In this document: positions 48,628 through 58,077 of the stretch, piece by piece
Position numbering within the stretch: the first letter of the stretch is position 1
Layout: every line of letters begins with the position of its first letter
NCBI GenBank assembly: GCA_038897215.1
Contig: JAWAWX010000001.1
Coordinates: 128,001 to 192,000 of the forward strand
Source: Acidilobaceae archaeon
GTDB taxonomy: Archaea; Thermoproteota; Thermoprotei_A; Sulfolobales; Acidilobaceae
DNA: 64,000 nt
Direction of reading: 5' to 3'
The notes under the pieces: generated by a model
The model's input: the letters and a program-made list of their open reading frames with translations, nothing else
The model's database searches: none
What the model was told of the DNA's origin: nothing
Translations under genes and position numbers: made by a program

Positions 48628-50013
48628 CTAACTCCTCCTCTTCCTCACTGGGACTATGTAGTCCTTGGGGGCTCTCGAGAAGGGCTCGAGATACTTTCTC
48701 AAGACCTTGGGTATGACTACTGTCCCGTCTGGCTCTTGGTGGTTCTCCAGTATCGCTGTTATGGTTCTAGTCGAGGCTATAGCGGTGCTGTTCAGAGTGT
48801 GCACGTACTCTCTAGTCATCCCCCTCCTCCTGATCATCCTGATCCTCAGCCTGTAGGACTGCCAGTCTGTACAGTTGCTAGCGCTAACCATCTCTCTGTA
48901 CTTCCCCTGAGCGGGCATCCAGACCTCTAGGTCGTACTTCTTGTACGCTGGAGCCCCCAGGTCTCCTGATGCTATCTTGACTACCCTGTAGGGGAGCTCT
49001 AGCCCTCTGAACAGCTCTTTAGCGTTCTCCACCAGCTCCTCTAGGATGGCGTTGCTCTCCTCGGGCTTCGCGAAGACGAACTGCTCCACTTTGTGGAACT
49101 GGTGTACTCTGAAGACGCCCTTGAGGTCCTTGCTCCCCGCTCCAGCCTCCTTCCTGAAGCACGGGCTCACCCCGGCTAGCTTTACTGGGAGCTCGTCGTC
49201 GTAGATCTCGGAGTCGTAGTAGAGAGCAGCTAGAGAGTGCTCTGAGGTCGCTATGAGGTACAGGTCTTCGCCCTCTATCTTGTATATAGCGTCCTTGAAT
49301 GTAGCTAAGTCTATGACTCCCGACATGACGTTATGCCTGAGCATGTACGGGGGTAGAACCAGCCTGAACCCTCTGCTCGTGAGGAAGTCTATAGCGTAGA
49401 GGAGGAGAGCGAAGTCCAGCCACACCAGGTCGTCGAAGAGGTAGTAGAACCTGGAGCCTGCTACCTCACCCGCTTTCTTCGTATCCCCTAGCTCTAGAAC
49501 CTCTTCGAGCATATCAGCGTGACCCACGGGCTTCCAGTCTAGGAGCTCGTAGTCTACCCTGAAGCCATAGCGCTCAGTCTGCTCTCTAAACGAGTCTAAG
49601 TGCTCTCTCCAGACTCTGGGCTTGCCCCAGAACTCTACGGGGACGCTGGCTGTCTCGTCGCCCACGGGGACGTCGTCAGCCACTAGGTTGGGTAGAGAGA
49701 GCAGGAGGTCCTCCCGTCTAGCCTCTACGTCTCTCAGTCTAGCCTCTAGAGCCTCTATCTCTCTCAGCACCTCTCGAGCTTCAGACTTCAGCCGCTCTCT
49801 CTCAGCCTCGCTACCCGCTGTAGCGATCATCCTCGTTATAGTGTTGTGCTTGTGCCTAAGGCTATTCACCTCTGTCTGCAACCGCCTCCACTCTCTATCC
49901 AGAGCTAGAACCTCGTCGACCACACTCGGGTCCATGAGTCTCTTAGCGATATGCTTCTTCAGCTCCTCGGGATTCTTCCTGAGTAGCTCTAGCACGCTCC
50001 ACGTGTAAGGCAA
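48628..50013 (-). CDS. serS: Serine--tRNA ligase
   Basis: N-terminal coiled coil, [26 protein letters not shown] and HTLNST. Confidence 0.96.
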   Translation of the reverse strand: MPYTWSVLELLRKNPEELKKHIAKRLMDPSVVDEVLALDREWRRLQTEVNSLRHKHNTITRMIATAGSEAERERLKSEAREVLREIEALEARLRDVEARREDLLLSLPNLVADDVPVGDETASVPVEFWGKPRVWREHLDSFREQTERYGFRVDYELLDWKPVGHADMLEEVLELGDTKKAGEVAGSRFYYLFDDLVWLDFALLLYAIDFLTSRGFRLVLPPYMLRHNVMSGVIDLATFKDAIYKIEGEDLYLIATSEHSLAALYYDSEIYDDELPVKLAGVSPCFRKEAGAGSKDLKGVFRVHQFHKVEQFVFAKPEESNAILEELVENAKELFRGLELPYRVVKIASGDLGAPAYKKYDLEVWMPAQGKYREMVSASNCTDWQSYRLRIRMIRRRGMTREYVHTLNSTAIASTRTITAILENHQEPDGTVVIPKVLRKYLEPFSRAPKDYIVPVRKRRS

Positions 50014-50069
50014 CTCCTAGACCCCGAGGAGCTACCGAGAGCGGAGCTATATTAAACCGTTTAAGAACA

Positions 50070-50126
50070 GGGTCGGGCTGTGGTCCACTCCACACTCTCT
50101 CGGACTGGCTAGGACACCTCATCCCC
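50070..50126 (-). ncRNA. Candidate C/D-box methylation guide sRNA
   Basis: GGGGATGA(C)-GGTGTCCTAGCCAGT-CCGA(D')-GAGA-GTGTGGA(C'?)-GTGGACCACAGC-CCGA(D)-CCC; 57 nt with complementary G/C ends. Confidence 0.5.
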
Positions 50127-50298
50127 GTAGAAGCGTAGAGCGCAATCCAGCCCTAATAGGTGCTCGGCTTGAGCCCCGTCTCTCGAAGACTTCCTGCTCT
50201 CGCATCTCGCCTTAGGCATCGCCGAGACCAGCGAGAGAGCCCGCCCCCTCTCTCTCGATTAGCTCTCCTAGCACGTAGAGGTACCGGTAGCCGGGAGC

Positions 50299-50736
50299 TT
50301 GGCTGGGTGGAGAGCCGCCTGTCTGAGCGCTCTGTCTAGGATTAGGGTTTTGCAGATTAGAGCCAGGATGGTGGCAGCTAGGCTGGGTCGTGGCGAGGAG
50401 GCTAGAGACTACGCTGTCAAGCTGGCAACTCTCTCCGAGGTATTGGAGAGAGCTGCTCTCAAGCTCGAGACAGTAGTCTACACTGGGGTAGCATCTGAGT
50501 CTGCTGGAGAGGCTCTCGCTGTCCTAGCCGAGGCTCTCAGGAAGATGAGGCACGCTTTGCCGCCACCTCTCCAGCACGATGCTCTAGCCTTGTGGAGAGA
50601 GCTCTCAGAACTCTCTCAATCCATGGCTCCAGACTCCGTCATCCACTTGAGCTCCTCGACTCTAGAAGCGGAAGCCGAGAGAGTCCTCAGAGAAGCGGAG
50701 GAGGTCGCTAGGAGTAGACTGAGCGAGCAGCGCTAG
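50299..50736 (+). CDS. Short divergent ESCRT-III/CdvB-like protein
   Basis: ARDYA..LA, LERAALKLETV..G, LPP and EAERVLREAEEVA resemble the CdvB motifs RA.IYA.E.A, LE...LRLET...G, MP and EA.KIL.EA...A. Confidence 0.5.
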   Translation: MAGWRAACLSALSRIRVLQIRARMVAARLGRGEEARDYAVKLATLSEVLERAALKLETVVYTGVASESAGEALAVLAEALRKMRHALPPPLQHDALALWRELSELSQSMAPDSVIHLSSSTLEAEAERVLREAEEVARSRLSEQR

Positions 50737-50749
50737 CTCGGCGCGGCTC

Positions 50750-52201
50750 TCAGACCTCGATACCGTACTCTCTCCACCTAGAGTCCACGAGCTTCACCGT
50801 CTCCGGGTCGGGTCGAGCTTCCTCAGGCCACTCTCTACCGTAGTTCTCCTCCGGCAGCTTCCTCGTGGCGTCTATCCCTAGCTTCGAGCCGTATCCCGGG
50901 TATGGGGCAGCATGGTCTAGGATGTCGGTTACAGTGTTCGGGATCACTAGAACGTCTCTCTGCGGGTCTACGCAAGTGGCTAGAGCGTAGGCTACCTGAC
51001 CCCAGTCGTTCACGTTCACGTCGTGGTCCACTACTATCAGGATCTTCACTAGAGAGAACTGGCCGAGACCCCAGAGGCCCATCATGACCTTCTTGGCGTG
51101 ACCCGGGTAGCGCTTCTTTATGCTCACTATCGCTACTCCCCCCGTGGCGAGACCCTCGGGGGGCAGGTTTACGTCAACTATCTCGGGCATTATAGTCTTC
51201 ACGACTGGGAGAAATATGCGCTCAGCCGCTTTACCTATCCACGCGTCTTCGAGAACAGGCTTCCCCACTACTGTGAAGTAGTATATCGGGTCGTCTCTGT
51301 AGTAGACTCTATCAAGCTTGAAAAGCGGATACTTGCCCACAGGACTATAGTACCCCGTGTGGTCCCCAAAGGGGCCCTCGTCGACCAAGACGTCTGTGTA
51401 GACTTCTCCCAGATAGACTACCTCAGCGTTAGCGGGCACGGGGACCCCGTCTAGGTCTACGTACTCTAGCGGCGCTCCTCTAACGAGAGAAGCGAAGAAC
51501 AGCTTATCCATAGGGTATGGGACCGGCAGCGAGCCAGTGAGCATAGTGCCGGGGTCTGAGCCCACGGCTATAGCCACCTTTATCCTCCTCTCCCCCCTCT
51601 CTCTAGCCTTGCTCCAAGCCAGAGCCCCCCTCTTGTGGACCTGCCAGTGGATAGCTGCTCTCTCCCCGTCTATCACCTGGACTCTGTAGACGCCCATGTT
51701 GGCTACTCCGGTATCCGGGTCTCTCGTCATGACCAGACCGTACGTTATGTACCTCCCCGCGTCCTTAGGCCAGGTCTTAGGTATCGGGGTCTTATCGAAC
51801 CCCCTCTCTTCTATCACGTTGTCCTCGAAGAGCCCTCGAGAGACCTTCTTGGGGAAGAGGGAGCCTATCTTGAGAGCGTCTCTCAAAGCCCCCAGCTTCT
51901 CCAAGAGGCCCGAGGGCGGGGGCTTGAGAGCGGTCTCCACGAAGCTCTGGGTTATGCTCTCGAAGCTCTCTACTCCGAGAAGCCTCCTTATGGTCTCCGG
52001 GTCTCTGAAGAGATTCGTCGCCATCCTCCAGCCCGGGTAGCCTTTGACGTTCTCGAAGAGAAGAGTGGGGCCTCTAGCGTACATGACCCTCCTCGCGATC
52101 TCCGCTACCTCCAGGTGGGGGTCGACCTCAACCCTGACTCTCTTAAGCAAGCCCCAGGACTCGAGCTTCTCTAGAGCTTCTCTCAGGTCTCGGAGAGCCA
52201 C
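50750..52201 (-). CDS. UbiD-family (prFMN-dependent) decarboxylase
   Basis: NMGVYR, EGPFGDHTGYY, KRYPGHA, VVDHDVN and KLGIDATRK. Confidence 0.92.
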   Translation of the reverse strand: MALRDLREALEKLESWGLLKRVRVEVDPHLEVAEIARRVMYARGPTLLFENVKGYPGWRMATNLFRDPETIRRLLGVESFESITQSFVETALKPPPSGLLEKLGALRDALKIGSLFPKKVSRGLFEDNVIEERGFDKTPIPKTWPKDAGRYITYGLVMTRDPDTGVANMGVYRVQVIDGERAAIHWQVHKRGALAWSKARERGERRIKVAIAVGSDPGTMLTGSLPVPYPMDKLFFASLVRGAPLEYVDLDGVPVPANAEVVYLGEVYTDVLVDEGPFGDHTGYYSPVGKYPLFKLDRVYYRDDPIYYFTVVGKPVLEDAWIGKAAERIFLPVVKTIMPEIVDVNLPPEGLATGGVAIVSIKKRYPGHAKKVMMGLWGLGQFSLVKILIVVDHDVNVNDWGQVAYALATCVDPQRDVLVIPNTVTDILDHAAPYPGYGSKLGIDATRKLPEENYGREWPEEARPDPETVKLVDSRWREYGIEV

Positions 52202-52307
52202 GAGGAGACACCCGGGCTTCCTCGAGCCCTCCTAGTCTTTTTGAATCTACCCCTGCCTCTCAGCGCTCGCTACATCTACGCGCAGAGCTAGTAGGAGAAG
52301 CATTGAC

Positions 52308-52385
52308 TGGTGCCGCGGCCGGGATTTGAACCCGGGTCACGGGCTCGAAAGGCCCGCATACTGGGCCTGGCTATACTACCGCGGC
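52308..52385 (-). tRNA. tRNA-Glu(TTC), CCA encoded
   Basis: GCCGCGG...CGGGC-CT TTC GA-GCCCG...GTTCAAATC...CCGCGGC ACCA. Confidence 0.97.
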
Positions 52386-52430
52386 TCTAGGTTATCGCTA
52401 AGCTTCGGGAGGCTTAATAGTATTGCATCG

Positions 52431-52537
52431 TGGAGCCGGGGCCGGGATTCGAACCCGGGAGTAAACGGGTCTCAGCGGCTGGGCAGTCTTCTGAGGCCAC
52501 TGCAGCCCGCCGCCTTAGACCGCTCGGCCACCCCGGC
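52431..52537 (-). tRNA. tRNA-Cys(GCA) with 29-nt intron at 37/38 (intron 52471-52499)
   Basis: GCGGG-CT GCA G|TGGCCTCAGAAGACTGCCCAGCCGCTGAG|A-CCCGT; BHB-like junction; CCA encoded. Confidence 0.93.
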
Positions 52538-52602
52538 TCCTCTATCTTCTCTAGCTCTTAGACCTTATAGGCTTGCTTCACTCGAGGACTCGGGAGCGCT
52601 CC

Positions 52603-52851
52603 TTGGTGGTCGAGTGCCGAGACTACTACCTCTGCCCCCGCTGCCGCAGCGAGATGGAGGTGTACGTAGAGCGAGGCAGCGGGCCGGAGAAGAGGGAGGT
52701 AGCCAGGTATCTCAAGTGCCCGGCTTGCAGCTTCAGAATCCACATCGAGACTGTGGCCGTGAGGGAGTCCGAGGACAGCTTATCGGTCACCTTCATTAGG
52801 AGAAGGCAGGCGAGGCAGCCTCTTAAGACCCGGCTATGCTACACGGCTTGA
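52603..52851 (+). CDS. Small zinc-ribbon protein
   Basis: CPRC...CPAC; TTG 52603 after GGGAG. Confidence 0.65.
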   Translation: MVVECRDYYLCPRCRSEMEVYVERGSGPEKREVARYLKCPACSFRIHIETVAVRESEDSLSVTFIRRRQARQPLKTRLCYTA

Positions 52852-52861
52852 GTGGAGCGCG

Positions 52862-54073
52862 GTGAAAGTGAGGGTAGCGGTTCTCCACCACCGCTGGGGC
52901 TACGGGGGGGCTCAGGTAGTATTCTTCTACGCTGTCAGAGCTCTCGCCGAAGCCGGGTTCGACGTGACAGTGCTCACCGTCGAGAAGCCCGAGTTCAGAG
53001 TCTACGAGGACATCGTTGGAGAGCCCTTCCCTCCAGGCGTTAGAGTCGAGAGAGTGCTCCCCGTGGGCGTTCGAGCATTCACCATATACAAGGGGCTGCT
53101 CTCCGGAGCTCTAGCACCACTGCTAGCGCCCAGAGGCTCCTACGACGTCTTGCTCGCTACCCACGGCTACCCCGTCATGACGCGAGGGCTCGAGACTCCT
53201 CTCGTCTTCTACGTTCAGGCTCCAGCGAGCCTCGTCTTCGACGACCGGTACAATCCGGAGCTCAGCACAGCGTACTCTCTCAAGAGCCCTCTGAGAGAGG
53301 GGGTGGTGGGCTCTCTCTGGAGCGCCGTTCTCTGGCTCTACTCCAGGCCCTACGTCCTCCTGGGCGAGATGCTGGCTAGGAGCGTCCTCAGAGGCGCCCG
53401 CAGGATACTGGTGAACTCCGCCTTCACGCTGGAGGCTCTGAGGTACGCGGTCGAGAAGTACGGCTGCTGCGACGACGCTCTGAGCAGAGCGGAGATACTA
53501 CATCCCCCCCTGCCGAGAGCCGGGGAGCTGGTGGCGGCGAGGAGGCCCGAGCGAGAGCCCTGCGTGACAGCCATGGGGAGACTCAGCCCCGAGAAGAGGA
53601 TCGACCTAGTCGTGGAGACAGCCAGAGTCCTGGAAGACATGAGGTTCTACGTGCTGGGAGCGGTCTGGGGGAGAGCCTCCAGAGCGTACTACGAGAAGGT
53701 GAGGAGCGCTGCTCCGCGCAACGTCACGATAGAGGTCAACGCTCCCAGCGAGAGGAAGCGCGAGCTTCTCTCGAAGTGCTCCGTCTACCTGCACCCCGCG
53801 GCCGGCGAGGCATTCGGCATAGCCCCCCTCGAGGCCATGGCGGCGGGGGCCACTCTGGTAGTCCACAAGTCCAGCGGCACCTGGACAGACGTGTGCCTAG
53901 AGGGCTCCTACTGCTACGGCTTCGAGAGCCAGGACCCCCGGGATATAGCCCGGAGAGTAGAGGAGGCTCTAGCCAGACCCAAGGTCGCCCCCCTCGAGCA
54001 CATCGAGAGGTTCTCGCCGAAGAGGTTCGCCAGCGGCATCGTCAGAGCGGTCGAGAGCGCTCTCGAGAGCTAG
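52862..54073 (+). CDS. Glycosyltransferase family 4 (Alg11-like)
   Basis: GGAQ, VNSAFT, GRLSPEKR and EAFGIAPLEAMAAG. Confidence 0.88.
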   Translation: MKVRVAVLHHRWGYGGAQVVFFYAVRALAEAGFDVTVLTVEKPEFRVYEDIVGEPFPPGVRVERVLPVGVRAFTIYKGLLSGALAPLLAPRGSYDVLLATHGYPVMTRGLETPLVFYVQAPASLVFDDRYNPELSTAYSLKSPLREGVVGSLWSAVLWLYSRPYVLLGEMLARSVLRGARRILVNSAFTLEALRYAVEKYGCCDDALSRAEILHPPLPRAGELVAARRPEREPCVTAMGRLSPEKRIDLVVETARVLEDMRFYVLGAVWGRASRAYYEKVRSAAPRNVTIEVNAPSERKRELLSKCSVYLHPAAGEAFGIAPLEAMAAGATLVVHKSSGTWTDVCLEGSYCYGFESQDPRDIARRVEEALARPKVAPLEHIERFSPKRFASGIVRAVESALES

Positions 54074-54299
54074 AGCGAGGCGGACGGCATATCAGCGAGG
54101 CTTGGCTGATAGTCGTCTCAGTCGCTGGCTCTACTGTGTTCGCGCGACTTCTTCAAGGCCTCCCCGCCAGGATGAGCGCGTGCGTCATCGGCACCCCGAT
54201 CGCCTAGGATACTCTCTTCGGCTCTCTGTAGTCCTCTGCTCTCAAAGCTACTTGCGTGACCCCCCGCCCGGCCTCTCTCGAGCCCGCTGACCGGCTGAC

Positions 54300-54758
54300 T
54301 CAATACGAGCTCGTCGAAGTAGGCTTTCTCGGGCTCCTCCCCGGGCCGCTCCTCGGCAACTCCCGGAAGGCTATCGTGTAGGATACCATTAGCAGGGTTA
54401 CTGCCTCGTCTTCGTCTAGCTCCCCGATATCGGGGCACTTGATTTTGGCGCACTTGAGCTCGTCTATGTGGTGCTCTAGCAGATCTCCTATCTTCATCAC
54501 CAGCTTGGACCAGCCGGCTTGGCAGGAGCAGTCGCGCAGGATAGATATGGTCTCCGCGTCGACGAAGATCTGCACCTTGTTCTCGTAGAGGCGCCCCCCA
54601 GTGCTCTCGGCATACTCGAGGATCTTCTCGATCAGCGTCCCCGCCTCCTCGATCACCTTCTCTTTCAGCCTCTCGTCGACCCCGCTATCCGGGTATACCA
54701 GCTCGACAGCGACCCCCCTGACGACGTGAGTCTCGGAGGCGCGGTTCTCCGGCATCAC
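54300..54758 (-). CDS. Hypothetical protein
   Basis: GAGGTGAG Shine-Dalgarno before GTG/ATG at 54758/54755; acidic; no recognisable family. Confidence 0.55.
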   Translation of the reverse strand: MMPENRASETHVVRGVAVELVYPDSGVDERLKEKVIEEAGTLIEKILEYAESTGGRLYENKVQIFVDAETISILRDCSCQAGWSKLVMKIGDLLEHHIDELKCAKIKCPDIGELDEDEAVTLLMVSYTIAFRELPRSGPGRSPRKPTSTSSY

Positions 54759-54915
54759 CGACTCACCTCGAGCCAAGTAATACGTATCTTACAGTGTAAT
54801 AATATGCCTAGCCGTCTCTACAGCGTGCTAGCAGAGCTACGGGCTCGGCTTCGCGTACACGTATACACGGAGGGCTCATCCCGGGAGCTCTCTCCGAGAG
54901 CCTCTCTTGAGAGCT

Positions 54916-55641
54916 CTAGCCACGCTTCTCTCTGAATTTGGCGAACGTCTCCACGACGAGGCCTGCAGTGCTGGTCCCGATCCTGCTCGCTCCAGCGGAC
55001 AGAGCTAGCAGAGCGTCGAAGAAGGTCCTAATCCCCCCGGACGCTTTCACCAGCAGGCCTCGAGGCGACGCCAGCTCGTAGACTCTCCTAACCGTCAGAG
55101 GGTCTCCGCCCTTCGAGTAGACCCCCGTGCTCGTCTTGACGAATCTAGCGCGGCATCTGCGGGCAACGTCTACTAGAGCCTCGAGCTCGCTATCGGAGAG
55201 CAGCGGAGCCTCGACTATGACCTTAGACGAGGCTCCCCCCGCTAGAGCCGCGTCAACCAGCGTCGAGAGCTCGCTCTCGAGCTCGCTCAAGAGCCCGCTC
55301 TTGAGCAACGCGAAGTTCGGGACTATGTCGACCTCGGCCACTCCACGAGACGCGAGCTCCTCAACCTCAGCCAGCTTCGACTTGAGCGGAGCAAAGCCCC
55401 CGGGGAACCCGGCGACGCCGCAGAGCCTAACCCCCCTCTCCGCAGCGTACCCGCTGACGAGCCCCACGATAGAAGAGGGCACCACCACGCAGTAGAAGCC
55501 GTAGGCGGACGCCTCGTCCACGAGCCTGAAGTACGACTCCAAGCGGGCAACCGGGTCTAGCAGAGTAGACTCTATCATCGAAGACAGCTCCCTCAACTCG
55601 ACTCTCGAGAACTTCTCGAGCCTCTCAGCGATAGAAGACAC
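54916..55641 (-). CDS. deoC: Deoxyribose-phosphate aldolase
   Basis: GVAGFPGG, EVDIV, KVIVE, FVKTSTG, VKASGGIRT and RIGTS. Confidence 0.93.
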   Translation of the reverse strand: MSSIAERLEKFSRVELRELSSMIESTLLDPVARLESYFRLVDEASAYGFYCVVVPSSIVGLVSGYAAERGVRLCGVAGFPGGFAPLKSKLAEVEELASRGVAEVDIVPNFALLKSGLLSELESELSTLVDAALAGGASSKVIVEAPLLSDSELEALVDVARRCRARFVKTSTGVYSKGGDPLTVRRVYELASPRGLLVKASGGIRTFFDALLALSAGASRIGTSTAGLVVETFAKFREKRG

Positions 55642-55836
55642 GAGGAGACCCCCCGAGAGCAGCGAGAGCCCGGGTCGGAGCTAATATCGGAAACGATAGC
55701 TGAAGAGGAGCACGCCAGACCAGCGGGACGCGCTCCACCCCGCCTACTCAGAGAAGACCGGCCAAGAGTCGGGCTCTCCGAAAAATATTAGGATTAGTAT
55801 TGCTATCTAGCTACCCTGAGTGCAGAGGGGGCTATA

Positions 55837-56523
55837 GTGGCCTCCCGAGGCTTCTTAGGTTCGAAATCCCTGATTCCGGTCTCGATAGCGCTAGTCCTGC
55901 TCCTCGCCATCCTGCTGCTACAGTTTGCGAAGTCACCAGAGCCTACGATGCAGAATGAGAACGAGCAGGAGCCTGCTACGGAGAATAGGGATGAGCAGAA
56001 GCCCACTATGCAGAACGAGAACGAGCAGAACGCGTACGGAGCCAGTGCCGGGGTCTACCTAGTCTTCGAGTTCTACAGTGGCCCCGCTGGAGTTAACGAG
56101 ACGCCAGAGCTAGACAGGAGGTCTGATGTCGTCACCTGCGTCTCTGTTGAGATCATTGCCCCTGCTGACATCGTACCTCTGGGCTCGGGCTGCTATAGAG
56201 GAGTCCCCGCTGTACACATACCCTACTCTGTAGTCAAGCGTTTCGTCGATCTCAGAGTACAGCTACTGAGAGAACGAGGAACCCCTGAGGAGCTCATAGA
56301 CAACACAGAGTTCGGGATGATCGTGAGAGTATTGGTAGTAAACGAGACAACCAGAGAGGTGATACGCAATATACTGGACTCTGTGCCTCTCAGAATAGGA
56401 GACTTCAAGGAGCCGAGAATAGTAGTCTACAACCTCAAAAACGTCATGGGATCGCGTTATGTCCACGTAGAGAAGCACCTAGACTCTTTGCCATCCGCCA
56501 GAATAGTGACTCTCGGGCAGTGA
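55837..56523 (+). CDS. Hypothetical membrane-anchored extracellular protein, possibly truncated
   Basis: N-terminal TM, low-complexity repeat linker, then globular domain; stop lies in a 14-bp duplication. Confidence 0.7.
   Translation: MASRGFLGSKSLIPVSIALVLLLAILLLQFAKSPEPTMQNENEQEPATENRDEQKPTMQNENEQNAYGASAGVYLVFEFYSGPAGVNETPELDRRSDVVTCVSVEIIAPADIVPLGSGCYRGVPAVHIPYSVVKRFVDLRVQLLRERGTPEELIDNTEFGMIVRVLVVNETTREVIRNILDSVPLRIGDFKEPRIVVYNLKNVMGSRYVHVEKHLDSLPSARIVTLGQ
55939..56028 (+). repeat. 3 x 30-bp degenerate in-frame tandem repeat
   Basis: Encodes EPTMQNENEQ / EPATENRDEQ / KPTMQNENEQ. Confidence 0.9.
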
Positions 56524-56532
56524 CTCTCGGGC
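56505..56532 (+). repeat. Perfect 14-bp tandem duplication AGTGACTCTCGGGC x2
   Basis: Copies at 56505-56518 and 56519-56532. Confidence 0.95.
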
Positions 56533-56774
56533 TCGACGATAGAGACTCTGAGCGTAGACGCAGTGAGAGGTCCTGCCTCGCTACCCTGGAGCGGCTCTCG
56601 TGGCAGAAGCTAGGCTGGGAGCTCGGCTGGTCTTCCTCACGCTGAGCCAGCGACCATACTAGAGCGTGCGCGAGGGTTGCTGCGCGCGGAGCCGGGTAGG
56701 GCACGGATCGCGCGCGTAGACTCGCCGTCAAAAAGCTTCGGCCCAGTGGGAGTAGTTGGGGATGACTTCTCGAG

Positions 56775-58040
56775 ATGAGGACGCTCGAGATCGCGTGTGT
56801 GCAGCCCGATGTGGGGGGAGGCTGCCGGCGCGCCGTCATGAGCCTCAGGCATAGGTGTAGGCGTCTCGAGAGATGCCATCTCATCGTCGTAGGGGGCGTT
56901 GGGAGAGCTCGAGGCGAGGCCATGGCTCGCCTCCTCTCCGAGAGCAACGTGGAGCTGGCCGGCGTAGCCGCCGACCTCGTAGACATCCCGGTCCTGAGGC
57001 ACTACCTTTCTCTCGTCCTCCCTCTCGAAGTGCACTCAACGAGGGCCGGCGGAGGCCTCGGCAGCGTAGACGTGGTAGTGTGCCACCACGAGCAGCCGGG
57101 CTTTCTGAGACTAGCCGTCAGAATGGCTGAGGAGACCGGGTCGAGGAGCGTCGCTATCCTCCAGCTGCCCCCCTTCTACGGCGATGCGGCTAGAGCCAGG
57201 AGGATAGCTGAGAGCTACAGGCTCTTCTACGAGCTGGCTAGAAGATACGCCGGCGTCGAGGGCCTAGCGGCTAAAGTCTACTATGGCGGACTGCATCCTC
57301 TGAGAGAGCTGGCAGAGAGGAGGCTCCTCGAGAGCTACCTCAGCAGGCTCGACTTAGTCCTAGCAGTCTCTCCCTCCATACCTCTCGAGATGGGCGAGCC
57401 CTGGTCTGACAGAGTCGTGGCCATGAGGTACTGGGCCGGGGTAGACGAAGACCTCGTAGGCGCTCTGAGGAGATGGAGAGCTCTCCGCAGACCCAGCGGA
57501 GACCTGGTCTCCTTCGCCGCCAGAGTAGTCCCGTCTAAGGGCGTGGGAGACCTTCTGCTCGCGTGGAGGCTCGTCAGGAGATGGTCTCGCCGCAGAGCGA
57601 GGCTCCTCGTGCTGGGCAAGGCTACCCTGAGGCGGAGAAGGTTCATCGAGAAGGTCGCTAGAGGGCTTGGGATAGAGGACTCTGTGGTCGTGGCTGGCTA
57701 CGTCGGGGGAGACGAGTTCTGGAGGCTTAGAGCCTCCTCTACTCTCATGATCTACCCGAGTCACGAAGACTCGTACTCCTACAGCGTCTTCGAGTCTCTC
57801 ATGATGGGGGTGCCGGTCGTCGCGTACGACATACCAGCTCTCAGGCTGAGCTACGAGGGCAGCCAGGGCCTCCACCTGGTCCCGGAGGGCGACGTGGAGG
57901 CTCTGGCTCAGAGAGCAGTGGAGGTCTTAGAGAAGCCCGGCGTAGTCGAGGAGGAGCCGTTCTTCAAGACGTGGAGCGAGGTGGCGAGAGAGGAGGAGGC
58001 TGTGCTGAGAGCGGTGGCGGCGAGAGGTAAGCTAATATAG
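56775..58040 (+). CDS. Glycosyltransferase family 4
   Basis: GGG, AVS, ARVVPSKG and YPSHEDSYSYSVFESL..GVPVVAYDIP. Confidence 0.85.
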   Translation: MRTLEIACVQPDVGGGCRRAVMSLRHRCRRLERCHLIVVGGVGRARGEAMARLLSESNVELAGVAADLVDIPVLRHYLSLVLPLEVHSTRAGGGLGSVDVVVCHHEQPGFLRLAVRMAEETGSRSVAILQLPPFYGDAARARRIAESYRLFYELARRYAGVEGLAAKVYYGGLHPLRELAERRLLESYLSRLDLVLAVSPSIPLEMGEPWSDRVVAMRYWAGVDEDLVGALRRWRALRRPSGDLVSFAARVVPSKGVGDLLLAWRLVRRWSRRRARLLVLGKATLRRRRFIEKVARGLGIEDSVVVAGYVGGDEFWRLRASSTLMIYPSHEDSYSYSVFESLMMGVPVVAYDIPALRLSYEGSQGLHLVPEGDVEALAQRAVEVLEKPGVVEEEPFFKTWSEVAREEEAVLRAVAARGKLI

Positions 58041-58077
58041 CTCGGCTCGCATCTACCGCTCCCCCAGGCTCGAGGTC

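Noticed and set aside
50070-50260. Split/permuted tRNA-His, RNase P or SRP RNA, or 36-aa ORF
   Set aside because: No acceptor/T arm and no RNase P or SRP conserved motifs; a minus-strand C/D layout explains the tRNA-like words better; the short ORF has no support.
52326-52799. 157-aa plus-strand ORF
   Set aside because: Antisense read of tRNA-Glu and tRNA-Cys.
55939-56028. CRISPR-like 30-bp periodicity
   Set aside because: Repeats are adjacent, in-frame, degenerate and lack spacers; no cas genes.
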